Part shown: positions 1 through 13,357 of the stretch, piece after piece
Layout of the letters: the number at the start of each line of letters is the position of its first letter
Numbering within the stretch: position 1 is the first letter of the stretch
From: Veleropilina oligotropha
Taxonomy: Eukaryota
Direction of reading: 5' to 3'
Assembly: GCA_048128005.1 (NCBI GenBank)
Contig: JBEUKZ010000097.1
Location: 124,001 to 188,000, forward strand
Length of the DNA: 64,000 nucleotides
Notes under the pieces: model-generated
What the model saw: only the letters and a program-made list of their open reading frames with translations
Database searches by the model: none
Told to the model about the DNA's origin: nothing
Made by a program: the position numbers and the translations under genes

Positions 1-288
1 AGTGTAACCCCATGAAACCTTAGGCTATTCCTTCTGCTGTATTGCTCCAGTTCCTCCATACGCGAGTTTAGTTTGTCGTTTTCCAGGGTAGAGGTTTTAA
101 CTTGATCTTCAAGCAATACAACTTGCGATTGCAGCGATGATATTTCGTGTGATTGTTGCGTAATCAAGGCAGTAATTGGTGAAAGGCTCTTCTCGATCAC
201 GGCTGGTAGGACTTGTGATACTATATTTTCCATGATTTTTGTGAACATGTCCGCAATGATCGGCTTCATGACCGTCTGAATAGCCGGC

Positions 289-680
289 ATGAGTCCCAAA
301 ACAAATTTTTCATTTTTAAATGTATTCAAAATAAGGTTGCTTAATTCATACCGTTTTAAGAATGGATTTGAATTTAAGGTGAAGCAAAACATTACATGTA
401 AAACACAAAATGTTATCTATGCTATGATTTGTACAAAGTGTAAAGATTTCTATATTGGTCAAACAGGGTGCGAATTGCGCAAACGAATGACTGTTCATAG
501 GCAACAGATAAGAAACGAAAATTTAAGATTTTTAAATGTTAGTAAGCATATCTATAATTGTGCCGATGGCCATTTTAATATATTTCCATTGTATAAAATG
601 TTTACTGATAATACTGTATAAAGAGAAGAAAAGGAGAATGTATTTATCAATATGTTACGACCACCATTAAATGTCAGTGA
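289..680 (+). pseudogene. GIY-YIG endonuclease fragment of a Penelope-like retroelement
   Basis: ITCKTQNVIYAMICTKCKDFYIGQT...LRKRMTVH (VIY...YIG with CxxC); the C-terminal REEKENVFINMLRPPLN continues in another frame after the stop at 621. Confidence 0.8.
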
Positions 681-829
681 TTTAATGCAAAAAATGCGCT
701 TACCAGTGGGACGCATTAATTTCAATGCGTATATTATTTTTATTCAAAATTGACAAATTAATATATCTTTCCAATCTTGTATATCTGGTTCTATTAAATG
801 CAGATTCCCAATGAAGTGTGCAACAATTT

Positions 830-2480
830 ACTATGCTTAGCAAGTACGCCTAGATACATGGTTACATAAGGTGGTAAAATGTTAGTCTGAAACCAATACC
901 CATCTACAGTCAACCAATCATTCCTGGATATGGTATCGGGCCACAGTTTTGAGTAAATCAGCGACTTCCCCACAAGAAAACAATACCCTGGATATCATTT
1001 TAACAACTCACCCCAGCTTCAATCAACGATGTAAGCCCATGCCCTCGATTGGCAACAGTGATCATGATATTGTTCTGTTTGGTAATACCATCACTGCGAG
1101 GCGCCCAATTCATATGAAAGCAGACACCCAAGGCTTCAGAGATGATTATCCGACCTGGCGAATATAGTCGACCTGAATGATTCCTCCAAAGAAGACTCTT
1201 GGGCTAGACTCAAGTCACAAATACACAATTGAAATGCGGCTCCCTTCTAAAATGACAATCCAATCAGAAACGGGACCTTGCCAAGTATAAGAGACTACAG
1301 AAGGTGGAACAATATCGGATTTGCATGGCCAACAAGAAGTACCTGGTGGACACGGTGAGTCACAACGTCAAAGACGACTTCAAGAAGATATGGGCTTTCA
1401 TAAAAATCAGCGGACAGGAAGCCACTGGTGTTACGCCACTGAAGAAAAAGGATGGTTACCTCCAAAGCGGTAATGAGGCGAGAGCTAACATTCCCAACGA
1501 GCAATTTTACTCCGCTTTCACCTGTGAAAATACCACCAACACTCCATACATGGGACAGAGCAACATACCACCAATGCCAAACATCACAGTTGATCTGAAA
1601 TCAGCTGCTACGGAACTATCCCCGCCTTAGCAAACTTGTTCCAGCTATCCCTCAACCTAGGAGAAGTGCCACAAGACTGATGGGAGGTATCGGTAGGCCC
1701 ACTATACAAGAAACCCACTATACCGACACCAAACATCCAACTACAGACCCGTCACCAGTGTCCTTGACGTTGATAACGGGCAAGTTATTGGGGCACAGGG
1801 TGCATAGCAATGTCATGCAGCACTTTCAAAAGCACGACGTTCTATGCAACAACCAGCATGGCTTCATTAAGCGACGCTCGTGCGAGTCTCAGCTTCTTAC
1901 CACCATCCAAGAAATCGCCTCTAATACAGCCAATGGGAAGCAAGTAGATTATACTGGACTTTCGATGTCGAAATATTATAGACACCAAATACAGTCACCA
2001 TGACCACACCGTAGGTGTGATTGACAAAGCAAATATCTGCGAGTCACCATCACTGGAAGCCTCACCTGGGAGAAACACATAGGCAACATCACAAGCAAGG
2101 GATTTATACGTAAAAACCTAAGGGAATACACGCCGCCTGTCAAGGAAGCTTCCCAAAAGACCATGGTCCAACCACAACTAAAGAATGCTGCCACTGTCTG
2201 GGACTCGCATTAACAAAAGCACGCCAAATCCATTGAGCAGGTTCAGAGTAGAGCGGCCGCTTGTCTTAATTGAGAGATACTGGAACACAGCCCGCTCTCC
2301 ATGATGTACAAGATCCGCAACAACCTTGTAGACATCAACGTAGACAAGTTCCTCCAAAGCGGCGACGCGCGTACGAAGGCCTTTCCAGGAGCGTATTACA
2401 GACCACATATTGGAGAACTCCTTCTTGCCAAGGAGAGCGACGGAATGGAATATTCTCCCCGCCAACCCAAGTATCTGCAC
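830..2480 (+). mobile_element. Degenerate non-LTR retrotransposon ORF2 (APE + RT remnants)
   Basis: TLDIILT and SDHDIV (APE end), PVSLT, NQHGF..RSCESQL (RT start) spread over frameshifted ORFs. Confidence 0.75.
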
Positions 2481-3369
2481 CTACCCTGGATCGCTGCCTT
2501 CATTGCACCAATTCATTCATTAAAGTTAATTGACCCAATTTATAACTGAAATACTGTTGGCGTGGTCGTTAAGCATCAATTCATCATCATCATATTCCGG
2601 CCTAAACAAATAAAGTCCGCAAGCGTAATAGCATTTGACCGCAATGTAGTTCAAGTGATTTCCTTTAGCCGTTTGGTCATTCTTAGGAGGTGAAAGAATT
2701 ATTCCAGATCTCTTGTGATGATATAGTATGTCAGAGTATAAACAATGAAGTATTAATATGCTTACATAAATTTCGACGTTCTCGGTCAAACCTTACTTCT
2801 ACTGCAGGGGGGGGGGGGGGGGGGGGGGCAGCCAGGCCGAGTGGATACGGTGCTGATTTTTCATCGCTGTCTCCATTACATTTAGAACCAACTCAGTTCA
2901 CAATTTAAAGTGGATTGACGTGGTTGTTAAACTTTAATTTATCTTCGTCATCATTATTCTGCTAGTTTAAATCGGCAGTGGTTGGTGATCGATTTGGCCA
3001 AGTTCATTTATTTTTCCTAATTTGATATTCTTTATTATTATTATAATTTAATATAATTATAATGCGCCTATTCTATAGTAGCTCTAAGCGCAGTACAAAC
3101 TATAACTACTATTACAGTACATAAGAATATACAGGTGAAACATCAATGATACAAAGCATGAATACAATAAACAATAATAATAAATAGAAGATTTTTTAAG
3201 TATTTCCTATTTTATTTTTGTTTTTTACAAGCACAATCAGACAAAGGGGTGAAGCAGCCTCCAGCATGAACGTCAACCAACTTTGAATGATACAAAGGAT
3301 GCATGCTATAAGCAATAACAATAAACGAATGTGAAGCAGTCATTACTGTCGTCTATTACTACGATGTCG

Positions 3370-5830
3370 GCTGAATTCGAATTGTTAGTTAGACTTTATC
3401 AGGTTGGCATATACATCAGCAAATAGATGTGTTTTCAATGTCTTCCGAAAACCTGTCTGAGTTGTACTTTACTTTAGATGAGAGTTTGTTTCAGAGTTTT
3501 GGGCATCGCCGATAAATGCTCTGGATGCAACATTCTGAACTTGCTGCAATCTGTTAATTAGGTTTGCATTTATTCCTAAAAGTAAACTGTTGGAATAATC
3601 AAGGCGAGATATGACACATTATGCATGCTTCGTTGCATCTGGTGGTAACAAACGACGGGTGCGTCTGATGCTTCTTAGGAAGAATAATGAACATTTAACT
3701 TTATCAGAGACGAATTTCTCCATCGACATAGTGTTGTCAAAGTAAGCAACCAAATTTCTTACACAGTCGATGGAGTTTTTTCTGTTTCACCAGCTTGTAA
3801 ATGTACATATCGGGCCTTTGTGATGTTATTTCTTGAGCCAAATGTATTAAACTCAGTTTATCCTCAATGAGTTTCAGCATGTTTGTGCACATCCAGTGTT
3901 TGATCTCTGAAAGATAGCTCCCAATCTATCTAGGTTGCCTTGAGGGTGCTTTTTAGATCAAATGCAACATTTATTTGATTGTCATCTGCGTAGAAATGAT
4001 AGGACAGATTGCATTTGGAGGCAATCTCTGCTATAGGCGTGACATTCATCGAAAAGAGAATCGGACCTAAGACGGAACCTTGTGGCACACCGTAAGGGAG
4101 AGACACAGGGTCTCATTTCATGCCGTTCATGATGACGGTTTATTTTCGCCCATGTAGATATGACTTGATCCATGTAAGCGTTGATTGCTTGATTACAAAG
4201 TAGGAGTTCAGGCGATTAAACAGAATTTTGTGGTCGATTGTATCGAAAGCTGCACTAAGGTCAAACAAGGCGAGAGCAACCATTGATTTCTGATGAAGAG
4301 ATTGAAGGATGTCATTCTGGACCTTTACAGGGCTGTATTTGTGGAGTGAAACATGCGATACGCTGATTGGTATTTTGTCCAAAAGCATGTGACTTTTAAA
4401 GTGAGCGTTTAATCGAATTGCTATAACACGTTCCATAAGTTTCGAAACAAAACTTAGATTAGAAACCGGTCGATATATTTCAAGTTGTTTTGATCTAAAT
4501 TGGCCTTTTTCCGTAAGGGCTTTACCAATGCGCTCTTTGAAATTTCCTGGAACTTCTGCATTGGATAATGACATGTTGACAAGCCGCATCAAAATTTGCA
4601 ACAATTCATCTGAACATGCTTTCAGCATCCATGATGGTAGAGGGTTGAGTGCGCACGTGGATGATGATGACCTCATAATGATCGACTTAATTTCATCATT
4701 GGTTGCCGGTTCAAACGTCGAGAGTTGAATGTCATTACAATTTGAATCTAAAGCTTCATAAATTTCATCTGTGGTTGATTGCAGTTGCGATAACGAAATT
4801 GTGCTTCGGATTTTGATTATTTAACAACGAAGAAGTCGCTAACAATAGTGGGAAGTGATTCATCTTGATAATCAGTTGGCAGGGGAGTTGACTTATTCCA
4901 TTGTAACAGATCTTTAGTGACATCAAAGAGTTTCTTTTTATCATCTTTGGAGTTAATGACTTTTTTAGAATATTTCAGTTTAGCATCCGTGAGCAGATTG
5001 TTCACCAACTTGCACTGTTCCTTATATGCATCGTAATCGGTGTGTTTGCCAGACTTATTCCAGCGTTGTTCTAATAAGCGTCGTCGAATTACTATAGCTT
5101 GGCGGAGGTTGGCATTGTACCATTGTGTATTTCGTCTTATGATGACTGTGTTGGTCATCTCTGGAGCATGATTGTCAATGATGTGTTTAATATCATCGTC
5201 ATATTTATCGACCAACTGTGACAGGTCCATATCTTGTGGAAAGAGGCCGCTTCGACAGTACAGTGGTATCGGATGTTGACTCTGAAAATCACTGACTTGA
5301 TTCTGCTGACGTGAGCAGTAGTGAGTTCAAACCTCGACAGGTGCAGCACACAATTGTTCAAATTATGAATCACTGTTGTCCGTAACCGGTCGGAGAGGGC
5401 GGGTTTACCCGGGCGACCTGGCTTTCCCCCTGCTTTGAACCAAATGATGGTTGGAAATATACAGGACAGTAGTGAGTTCAAACCTCGGCAAAGGCAGCAG
5501 ACATTTGGTCAAATTATGAATCACAGTTGTCCGTAGCTGGTCGGAGAGGGCGGGTTTACCCGGGCGACCGGGCTTCCCCCCTGCTTTGAACCAAATGATG
5601 GTTGGAAATATACAGGACATTAAGCATCGATCGTTTCCTTTCCTTTTGTTGTGGAAATACGATATGGGCAATTCTGTTTTGAACTCGGTAATGTCGACAT
5701 CTTTGAGTTTACGGAATCGAATTTGTTTCGACTCGGGGTGCTGGTCTTTCTATTTTCAATTCAAAATGTTGGCTTGGATTTTGATACGTAACAGAACACA
5801 CAGACAATCAGCGTCATTAATGGAAATTGT
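3370..5830 (-). mobile_element. Degenerate L2/CR1-group LINE (RT), interrupted by a SINE
   Basis: RPVSNLSFVSKLMERV, LFDLSAAFDTIDHKIL, YGVPQGSVLGPILF (~4050-4095), FYADD (~3980-3995); multiple frameshifts. Confidence 0.85.
5243..5648 (+). mobile_element. tRNA-derived SINE with internal ~150-bp duplication
   Basis: A-box-like TGGTATCGG and B-box-like GAGTTCAAACC; flanked by direct repeat TTGTGGAAA (5234-5242, 5649-5657); related copies at 6800-7020 and 38700-38970. Confidence 0.75.
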
Positions 5831-5897
5831 TCCCACCGTAAAAAAAATTAATATCTAATATTTACTCCTTCAGATTGACAAAATTGCAAAAAATCAC

Positions 5898-6019
5898 TTT
5901 TATTACATTTGCGGCCAAATGTTATTACGCTTGCGGCCTTTATTACATTTGAGGCCAAATATTATTACGCTTGCGGCCTTTATTACAATTGCGGCCAGTT
6001 ATTACACTTGCGGCCTTTA
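5898..6019. repeat. Short tandem repeat (~19-22-bp unit)
   Basis: About six variants of TTATTACATTTGCGGCC. Confidence 0.8.
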
Positions 6020-6799
6020 CACCCCTCCCTAAAATTTCGAATGTCTATCTTTTATGATATATAATTAATCAAATTGTAGGCCTATGTACATACAGTCCAC
6101 AATGTTGTATACTCACATAGAGCCATGTACACACAATGGATGTGCACAATTGACACGTTGATATGTGATACAGATCATTTATTTAAATACATATGTCATA
6201 AATGATACACTTTTCTATTAAATAATTGCAATGTAATTTTATAGCAACACACTGATGTCACATCATTACCACCATGTGATTATTGTATAAGTATATAATT
6301 ATATAAGGGTTATAATTATAATTATATAATTATCACAGTAAAACCGATATAATGGTACATAGTGTGTGGACTCATCCATTCCAAACATCAGGATCTTGCA
6401 TTAGAATGAACCCCTGACAATGCAACTCAACATTTTACACTAGACTTTCTGTGCCTTGGCATAAATGATATTGCTTGACAAACACAGCATGTATGAATTT
6501 CTTTGAATATAAATGCACTTGCTTCAGGACATGATTTTATTGTTTGTAAATCAGTGATCTAGTGTCTTGATTTGTGGCAAATTTAATCATTCTCTCCAAG
6601 CGATATGCCAATAATTACTGCATCATATAGGTTGGGCATTTTGTAGATCCATGAACCTATATGGGATATTCCTGTCGATCATTAATCTTCTTGCATAGTA
6701 TCATCCCAGTTTAACAGGTATAATAAATGTCAAATTCCATCTTGCAATTGGTAATTTGTTCAATTGTGACAAAAATGAATGGGTCGATAATAAAAGTTC

Positions 6800-7020
6800 T
6801 GTATATTTCCAAACATCATTTGGTTCAAATCCGGACATGTCCATATTATCGCGAGAGGAGACCCGCCCTCTCCGACCAGTTACGGACAACTGTGATTCAT
6901 AACTTGAACAAATGTATGATGTCCCTGCCGAGGTTTGAACCCACTACTGTTCGCATCAGCGGGATCAAGTCAGTGCTTTTCAGAGTCCACAACCGATACC
7001 ACACGACTGACGAAGTGGCC
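6800..7020 (-). mobile_element. tRNA-derived SINE copy
   Basis: Reverse complement of the 5243 family, with B box GGTTCAAACC. Confidence 0.75.
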
Positions 7021-9024
7021 TCAATTGTGATAAATCAGATATAAAATGGAATTGGCAATACACATGACTTCTAGTATTCTTGTTACTATGGTCAATAAAT
7101 GGACGTGCGAAGTGAGATATGATGTCTGATTGGGAAATATTCCACTGGTAATAAACAGTTCCCTCACAAAGGTCCGGGTCTCAACAGTGTATCCACAGTT
7201 TACGATGAAAACGAGTCCTCAACCAGATCCCAGGAAACCGCATCCACTGACAGAGTGAACTTGTTAATGCTAGCCTGTGGTTATCTCTTCTATCAGGCAC
7301 ATGCAAACGGTAAACCTTTGACTTAAATATTAACATGTAAATAAATTCTAGAAAGTATTTCTTATTGTATTACTATAATCCTGAATTTTTCAAACACCAA
7401 TTCAATTAACGATAATTATGTAAATATTCCTGTTCCACAGTTACTGTATACTGTTTTGCAGATTACAATGTTTCAAGGCTTGAACTCCACATTTAGTCTC
7501 AGTTTTGATCCCTGAAGCTCTACTGACAGTTGGCTTAGCAACATTCAATTTGTTTTGCGGCTACTTGAGACAATTTGTCAGCCATATTACGATATAGTAG
7601 TCGGGACATCCGGTTTAAGGTCTCACTTCAGTCGGACCGACATACGTTTATGATATGGTTTCTAATATTTTAAGGGATAAGACGAACTGCCGCTTGTTCT
7701 CGATCCCGGGACCAACTAACACCTTCGGTTGAGAGTCTGATGCGGTAACCACTCACCCGCCGATGCAGAAGTACACAGACAATTAGCATGATGACCTAGT
7801 CATTGAATAAAATGTCAAAAAATCTGGCGTTCATCCACTGTAAAATGCTCCAACATGAATTTGCCAGATTACCCAAACTATATTCTCCAAATTAATTTCT
7901 GATGCAATATGGTTGCATAAATCTCATTGGTTTAATGAAATTCTGAAAATCATCTGATATCAATACTGTTCATTTTAGATACATATTTTTGTGGCTTGGA
8001 AGTTGAAGATAAATTAATTGTATGACAACTTAAATAATATTTAGTCCCCTGTTCAGGCTTCACAGTGAATTATTATAATTTAGTGACAGTCAAAATACTA
8101 AGTATTTTATCTCATCTTCTTTATATCAAGCAATCAAAGTGACATATAATTCACTAGTACCGTTATCAATAATGCCTTTATGGTAATAATAAATACTATT
8201 TATATTTGAATAATGAAAACCAACTGCATACTTCAAATATCATTAAATTTTAATTACCTATGTATTGTCGTAACCATATTAATTCATAAACAGAGAAAGC
8301 AATAATAACCTGGAGAGTGGGTGAATTTGTATATTATATACTGTTCATGGCAATTCTTGGTCATTCAAAATGGTCAAATGGTTTCTCCTGCACGCCCAAA
8401 GAAAAACATTTATTGCTACTGCCTACAAACTGAATGTTATCTGAAACTTATATAAGAAATACAATTTGAAATTGAAAATATATTGCAGTAATTTATAATG
8501 TTTTTACAAATATAATTTTAAATAACTTAAAAACTAATAGATACTATAATCTATTAAAATAAAATAAAATAAAACCAATATGTACAAAATTGAAGTCACA
8601 TTCTCTTGAATGTTTTGTTCTGTATCCCAAATCTAAACTTTGCTCATTACAGATTTATAGACTACAGCAACACATTTACTAGTTATTTTAATAGTACTGC
8701 ACACACAATATGGTAACTAAATAAATAATACATTATTCTGTATTTTGTATTAAAAAATAAAGGGTACCTGATCATCACTTAATTGATTTTACTTTATCAG
8801 TATAAATTTATTCAATAGAATTGAATCTTATTATATTATTAAAAATTACTTGATAAAAAAATCGTCAAATTAGGTAAATAAGCTGCTTTAAATTAAACAT
8901 GCATAATAAAAACAGCTCTGCAGCATATTCGTGCTGAAAATTTCCGATTTAATATCGCGGTTTTCGTTTAATATTAGGCGATATTAATTAACCGTCGAGA
9001 AGTGATCAACGAGTCGAGAAGTGA

Positions 9025-9500
9025 TCAATCAATCAATCAAAGATTTATTTAGCAAAAATATACAATAGTAGTGATAATATAGTAATAAATTATATACAAT
9101 GCATATGTTTCTATGATATTATTTACAAAAGAATATTAAATTTTGGGCAAGGAGACCCATCTAGAAACCCGTTGGGCTTGTAAAGCGATGGGCCACCAAA
9201 AATATATAATAGTTCTATAATATATTAAAGCTCAATAATGGATATACATAAACAAATAAATAAATACCAGGCTAAATAATCGTACATACATAATAAATTA
9301 GAAAATGATTTGATCAACATTTAGTTTATTTTCATGTGCTGACTCCATGTGTCGATGGTGAGATATGTGTCCAGTAAGTTTTTTTTGTATATGTAAAGAA
9401 ATGAGTATTGAGATTTACTTTGCTTCAGTTTACATGGTAATGCATTCCATATGGTTGGCCCAGAAAATTTAATAGTAAATTGTCTACAATTTGATGATAC
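9025..9500 (-). mobile_element. LINE 3' end fragment
   Basis: Minus strand reads QFTIKFSGPTIWNALP; (TCAA)n tail at ~9025-9040. Confidence 0.55.
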
Positions 9501-11082
9501 TAAATCTAATTAAATATATAAAACAAACATTTGAAAGTGTTCAGAAATATAGCAGGTGCCGATATATGCTATAGACTACAAAACTACATATTGATTAAAA
9601 TTATAACGAACAGTCGCCGGATCTTTTCCTTTATGCGACCCCAAATTTTCAAATTATAGATTGGAATAATAATACCAAATTTTTATTCATACATAACAAT
9701 ATAAGTACCGTAAAGCTTCCAATAGAGGCCCGGGCGTTAAATGATTTCCGGTAGCTCGTTGACCCGGCGTGTACTAGAGGCCCGGCGTTTATTAATTTCG
9801 TTGACTCTTTCTGAACTTAGAACTTCACCTTTACGTGATGTCCAAGTCTACTTGTAAACATGAAATCATCGAATGCTGCTTTTAAAAGTCCAAATATATT
9901 CACTCGTTCTTTACATTCATGAAATAAATCACAAGACAGCACGTGGAGTTGTCCAGACATCACACAGACAGACTATAAGCACGTGTATGCTTTTATTTTG
10001 TGGAGTGCCCGTTGTTTTGCATCAGGACATATCTGACTGACCCGGCGTCTATTAGAGGCCCGGCGACTATTAATTTCAATACGCTCATACCCCCGGCGTC
10101 TATTATACCCCGTTTACCCGACAAAATGTAAGCCGGCTTGAATCGACTTAGATCTAAACCGGTTTAGATTTGTCCGTGTAAACGCCCCCAAAGCGATTTG
10201 AGTCGACTTGAATCGACTCAGATCTAAACCGACTCATGTAGGTAGCTTGAGTCGGTTTGAAAGCCAAACCGGTTTAGATTTTTACCTGCGTCTAGCAGGG
10301 TCAATGAATGGTACATGTTGTTGTTGTTGTTCTTGTTGTTCTTCTTGGGGGGAAGACAATTTTGAAATGATTTCAACCAGATCTTCCACCTTTTAGGCGA
10401 CTTCGACAACAAGCCAATTTGAAAAAAGTGCATGACCACTTGATGTATGAATTGAGAGATGCTGCCTAACAGAATAGCAAATTACCATGACAGCCTCTTT
10501 GATGAATAAATATTATATCATACAGAAACGTGGTCTGTATTATATGTATCACACATGTTTCACAGTAGTAAAAGAGGTATAACAGTTAAACATTTTAAGA
10601 TTTTGCATACTTTATTAAATTATAATTAATCAACTTTATTATAATTAACTAAGTCTGTCAAAGGGGCGTAACTCTTGAAAACCAATTTGTGAATTCTATG
10701 AAATCATACAGAAACATGGTCTGTATTATATGTATCACACATGTTTCACAGTATAAATTTTGCTTATGACGCAGGTTATTGCACACATTATGTGCTTGTT
10801 GACGTATTAGCGGTCTGAATCGACTTGAGTCGATTCAGATGAGAAAGAGGCTTTGGGCATGCGCACACAAAACAACACAAAGCAAGCGTCTGCTCTTTTC
10901 CTACACGTATGGTACCGAAGTGTAGTTAATTTGCTTGAATTTGGAAATAAACTGAAATAATGTCCACCGCCTTCCGATGAGTACTGAACTAATCCGATAA
11001 AGAGAGTCATGTATGATATTGATAACTATTTAAGGGAACAACGCATGCATCCGGGCGCATATTAATATGGATCATCACGTAA

Positions 11083-12160
<1,078 letters not shown>

Positions 12161-12701
12161 TATATATATATACCACGGTACCATAACAATTGGAGGTAAT
12201 ATAATTTTGATTTAAGCAAGCTTGTTTTATTAAAATATTTCTCAAGTACAGTGTCTTGGTCACTTTGTAGATTTATTAAGGTCACTTCGTACATGTTGGA
12301 GTGTAACTAGGCAACGCGTACTACGTCGACGCCTGCGCACAATGCGACTCTCATCAAAGTCGGTTTTCTTTTTGTTACGTGTTAAAGGTAGGATTCCACC
12401 TCTGCGGTAACGGTAACGGCAACGGCAACGGTATAATCAAAACAGCTGTTTAAAGAACGAGTGATTCCAGCAGTGCGGAACGTCAAGCGTTTATCTGACC
12501 AAAACGCATGCGGTTATTTCAATCGCTCCATGAAGCGATTGGTCCGGTTAAAAAAGGGTAACCGGACGGCAAATTATGGGAAACTCATTAGTGGAACTCC
12601 ATCCACGTGACGCCAGCACTGATATTAAATATTGCAAATGGATGATCATGCATTTGTTTTGATGCTTATTTGCCTGAGATTTGTATTAGAATAATAGCTA
12701 T

Positions 12702-12883
12702 AGCAGCAGGGGGGGGGGGTGATTGGACTTTTTAGAATGGGAAAATACGGCTCCCAGCACTATTTCAGAACTGAGGGGTTGTACTGGGGGGAGTTCAGAC
12801 TAGGGGCGGGGCGGCCGCCGTGGAGGCTCCCAGCACCCTGTCAGACCCCAGGGTATATCGTGTATTACAAAAAGTTACCGTGT
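12702..12883 (+). repeat. Left TIR (182 bp)
   Basis: Matches reverse complement of 27560-27745 except G-run length (11 vs 7), an 8-nt indel and one substitution. Confidence 0.97.
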
Positions 12884-12993
12884 GTACAGACCGATATAGT
12901 AGCATGTAGTAAGAGCCCCCAGGGACGGCCCACTACCCTCGCCGGCCCGGGCTCTTGTGTGTTAGTGTCATACTCTATATTAGAGACTGGTAT

Positions 12994-13299
12994 ATGCGAG
13001 GATATACCCTGTACGCCATGGGGGGAACTAATGTATGCCCTTGGTTGACAATTAATGCCGTTGGGGTTTGTGGTCGTAGCTGCGTCAACGAATTTTGCAA
13101 TGCTCATCGACGGCAAATTCGGATGGGTATAACATCGCCCCCGCCATGTAAGAGATGTGGCAAGGGCACGAAATCGGCCGTTCTGGTGTGTAGACCATGT
13201 GGAGGTCATCGTGCCGCCCAGGCTCTCATAAACACTAAAAACCGAGCTCGCCGTCTCTACGGCGCAGTATTGCGCGAGTTGCTGTCGCGCACGACATAA
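12994..13299 (+). CDS. Small Cys/His-rich basic protein (putative zinc finger, 101 aa)
   Basis: CPW...CGRSC...CNAH and CKRC...CRPC clusters; ATG at 12994; sits between the TIR and the replicase. Confidence 0.6.
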   Translation: MRGYTLYAMGGTNVCPWLTINAVGVCGRSCVNEFCNAHRRQIRMGITSPPPCKRCGKGTKSAVLVCRPCGGHRAAQALINTKNRARRLYGAVLRELLSRTT

Positions 13300-13357
13300 A
13301 AAGTTCCAATTAGAGCTTTGTGTTGCAGTGTCATAACGTATACCCACCCAGCACGGG

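Noticed and set aside
6900..7020. Functional tRNA gene
   Set aside because: A/B boxes are present but no full cloverleaf is evident; three diverged copies share a downstream body, indicating a SINE
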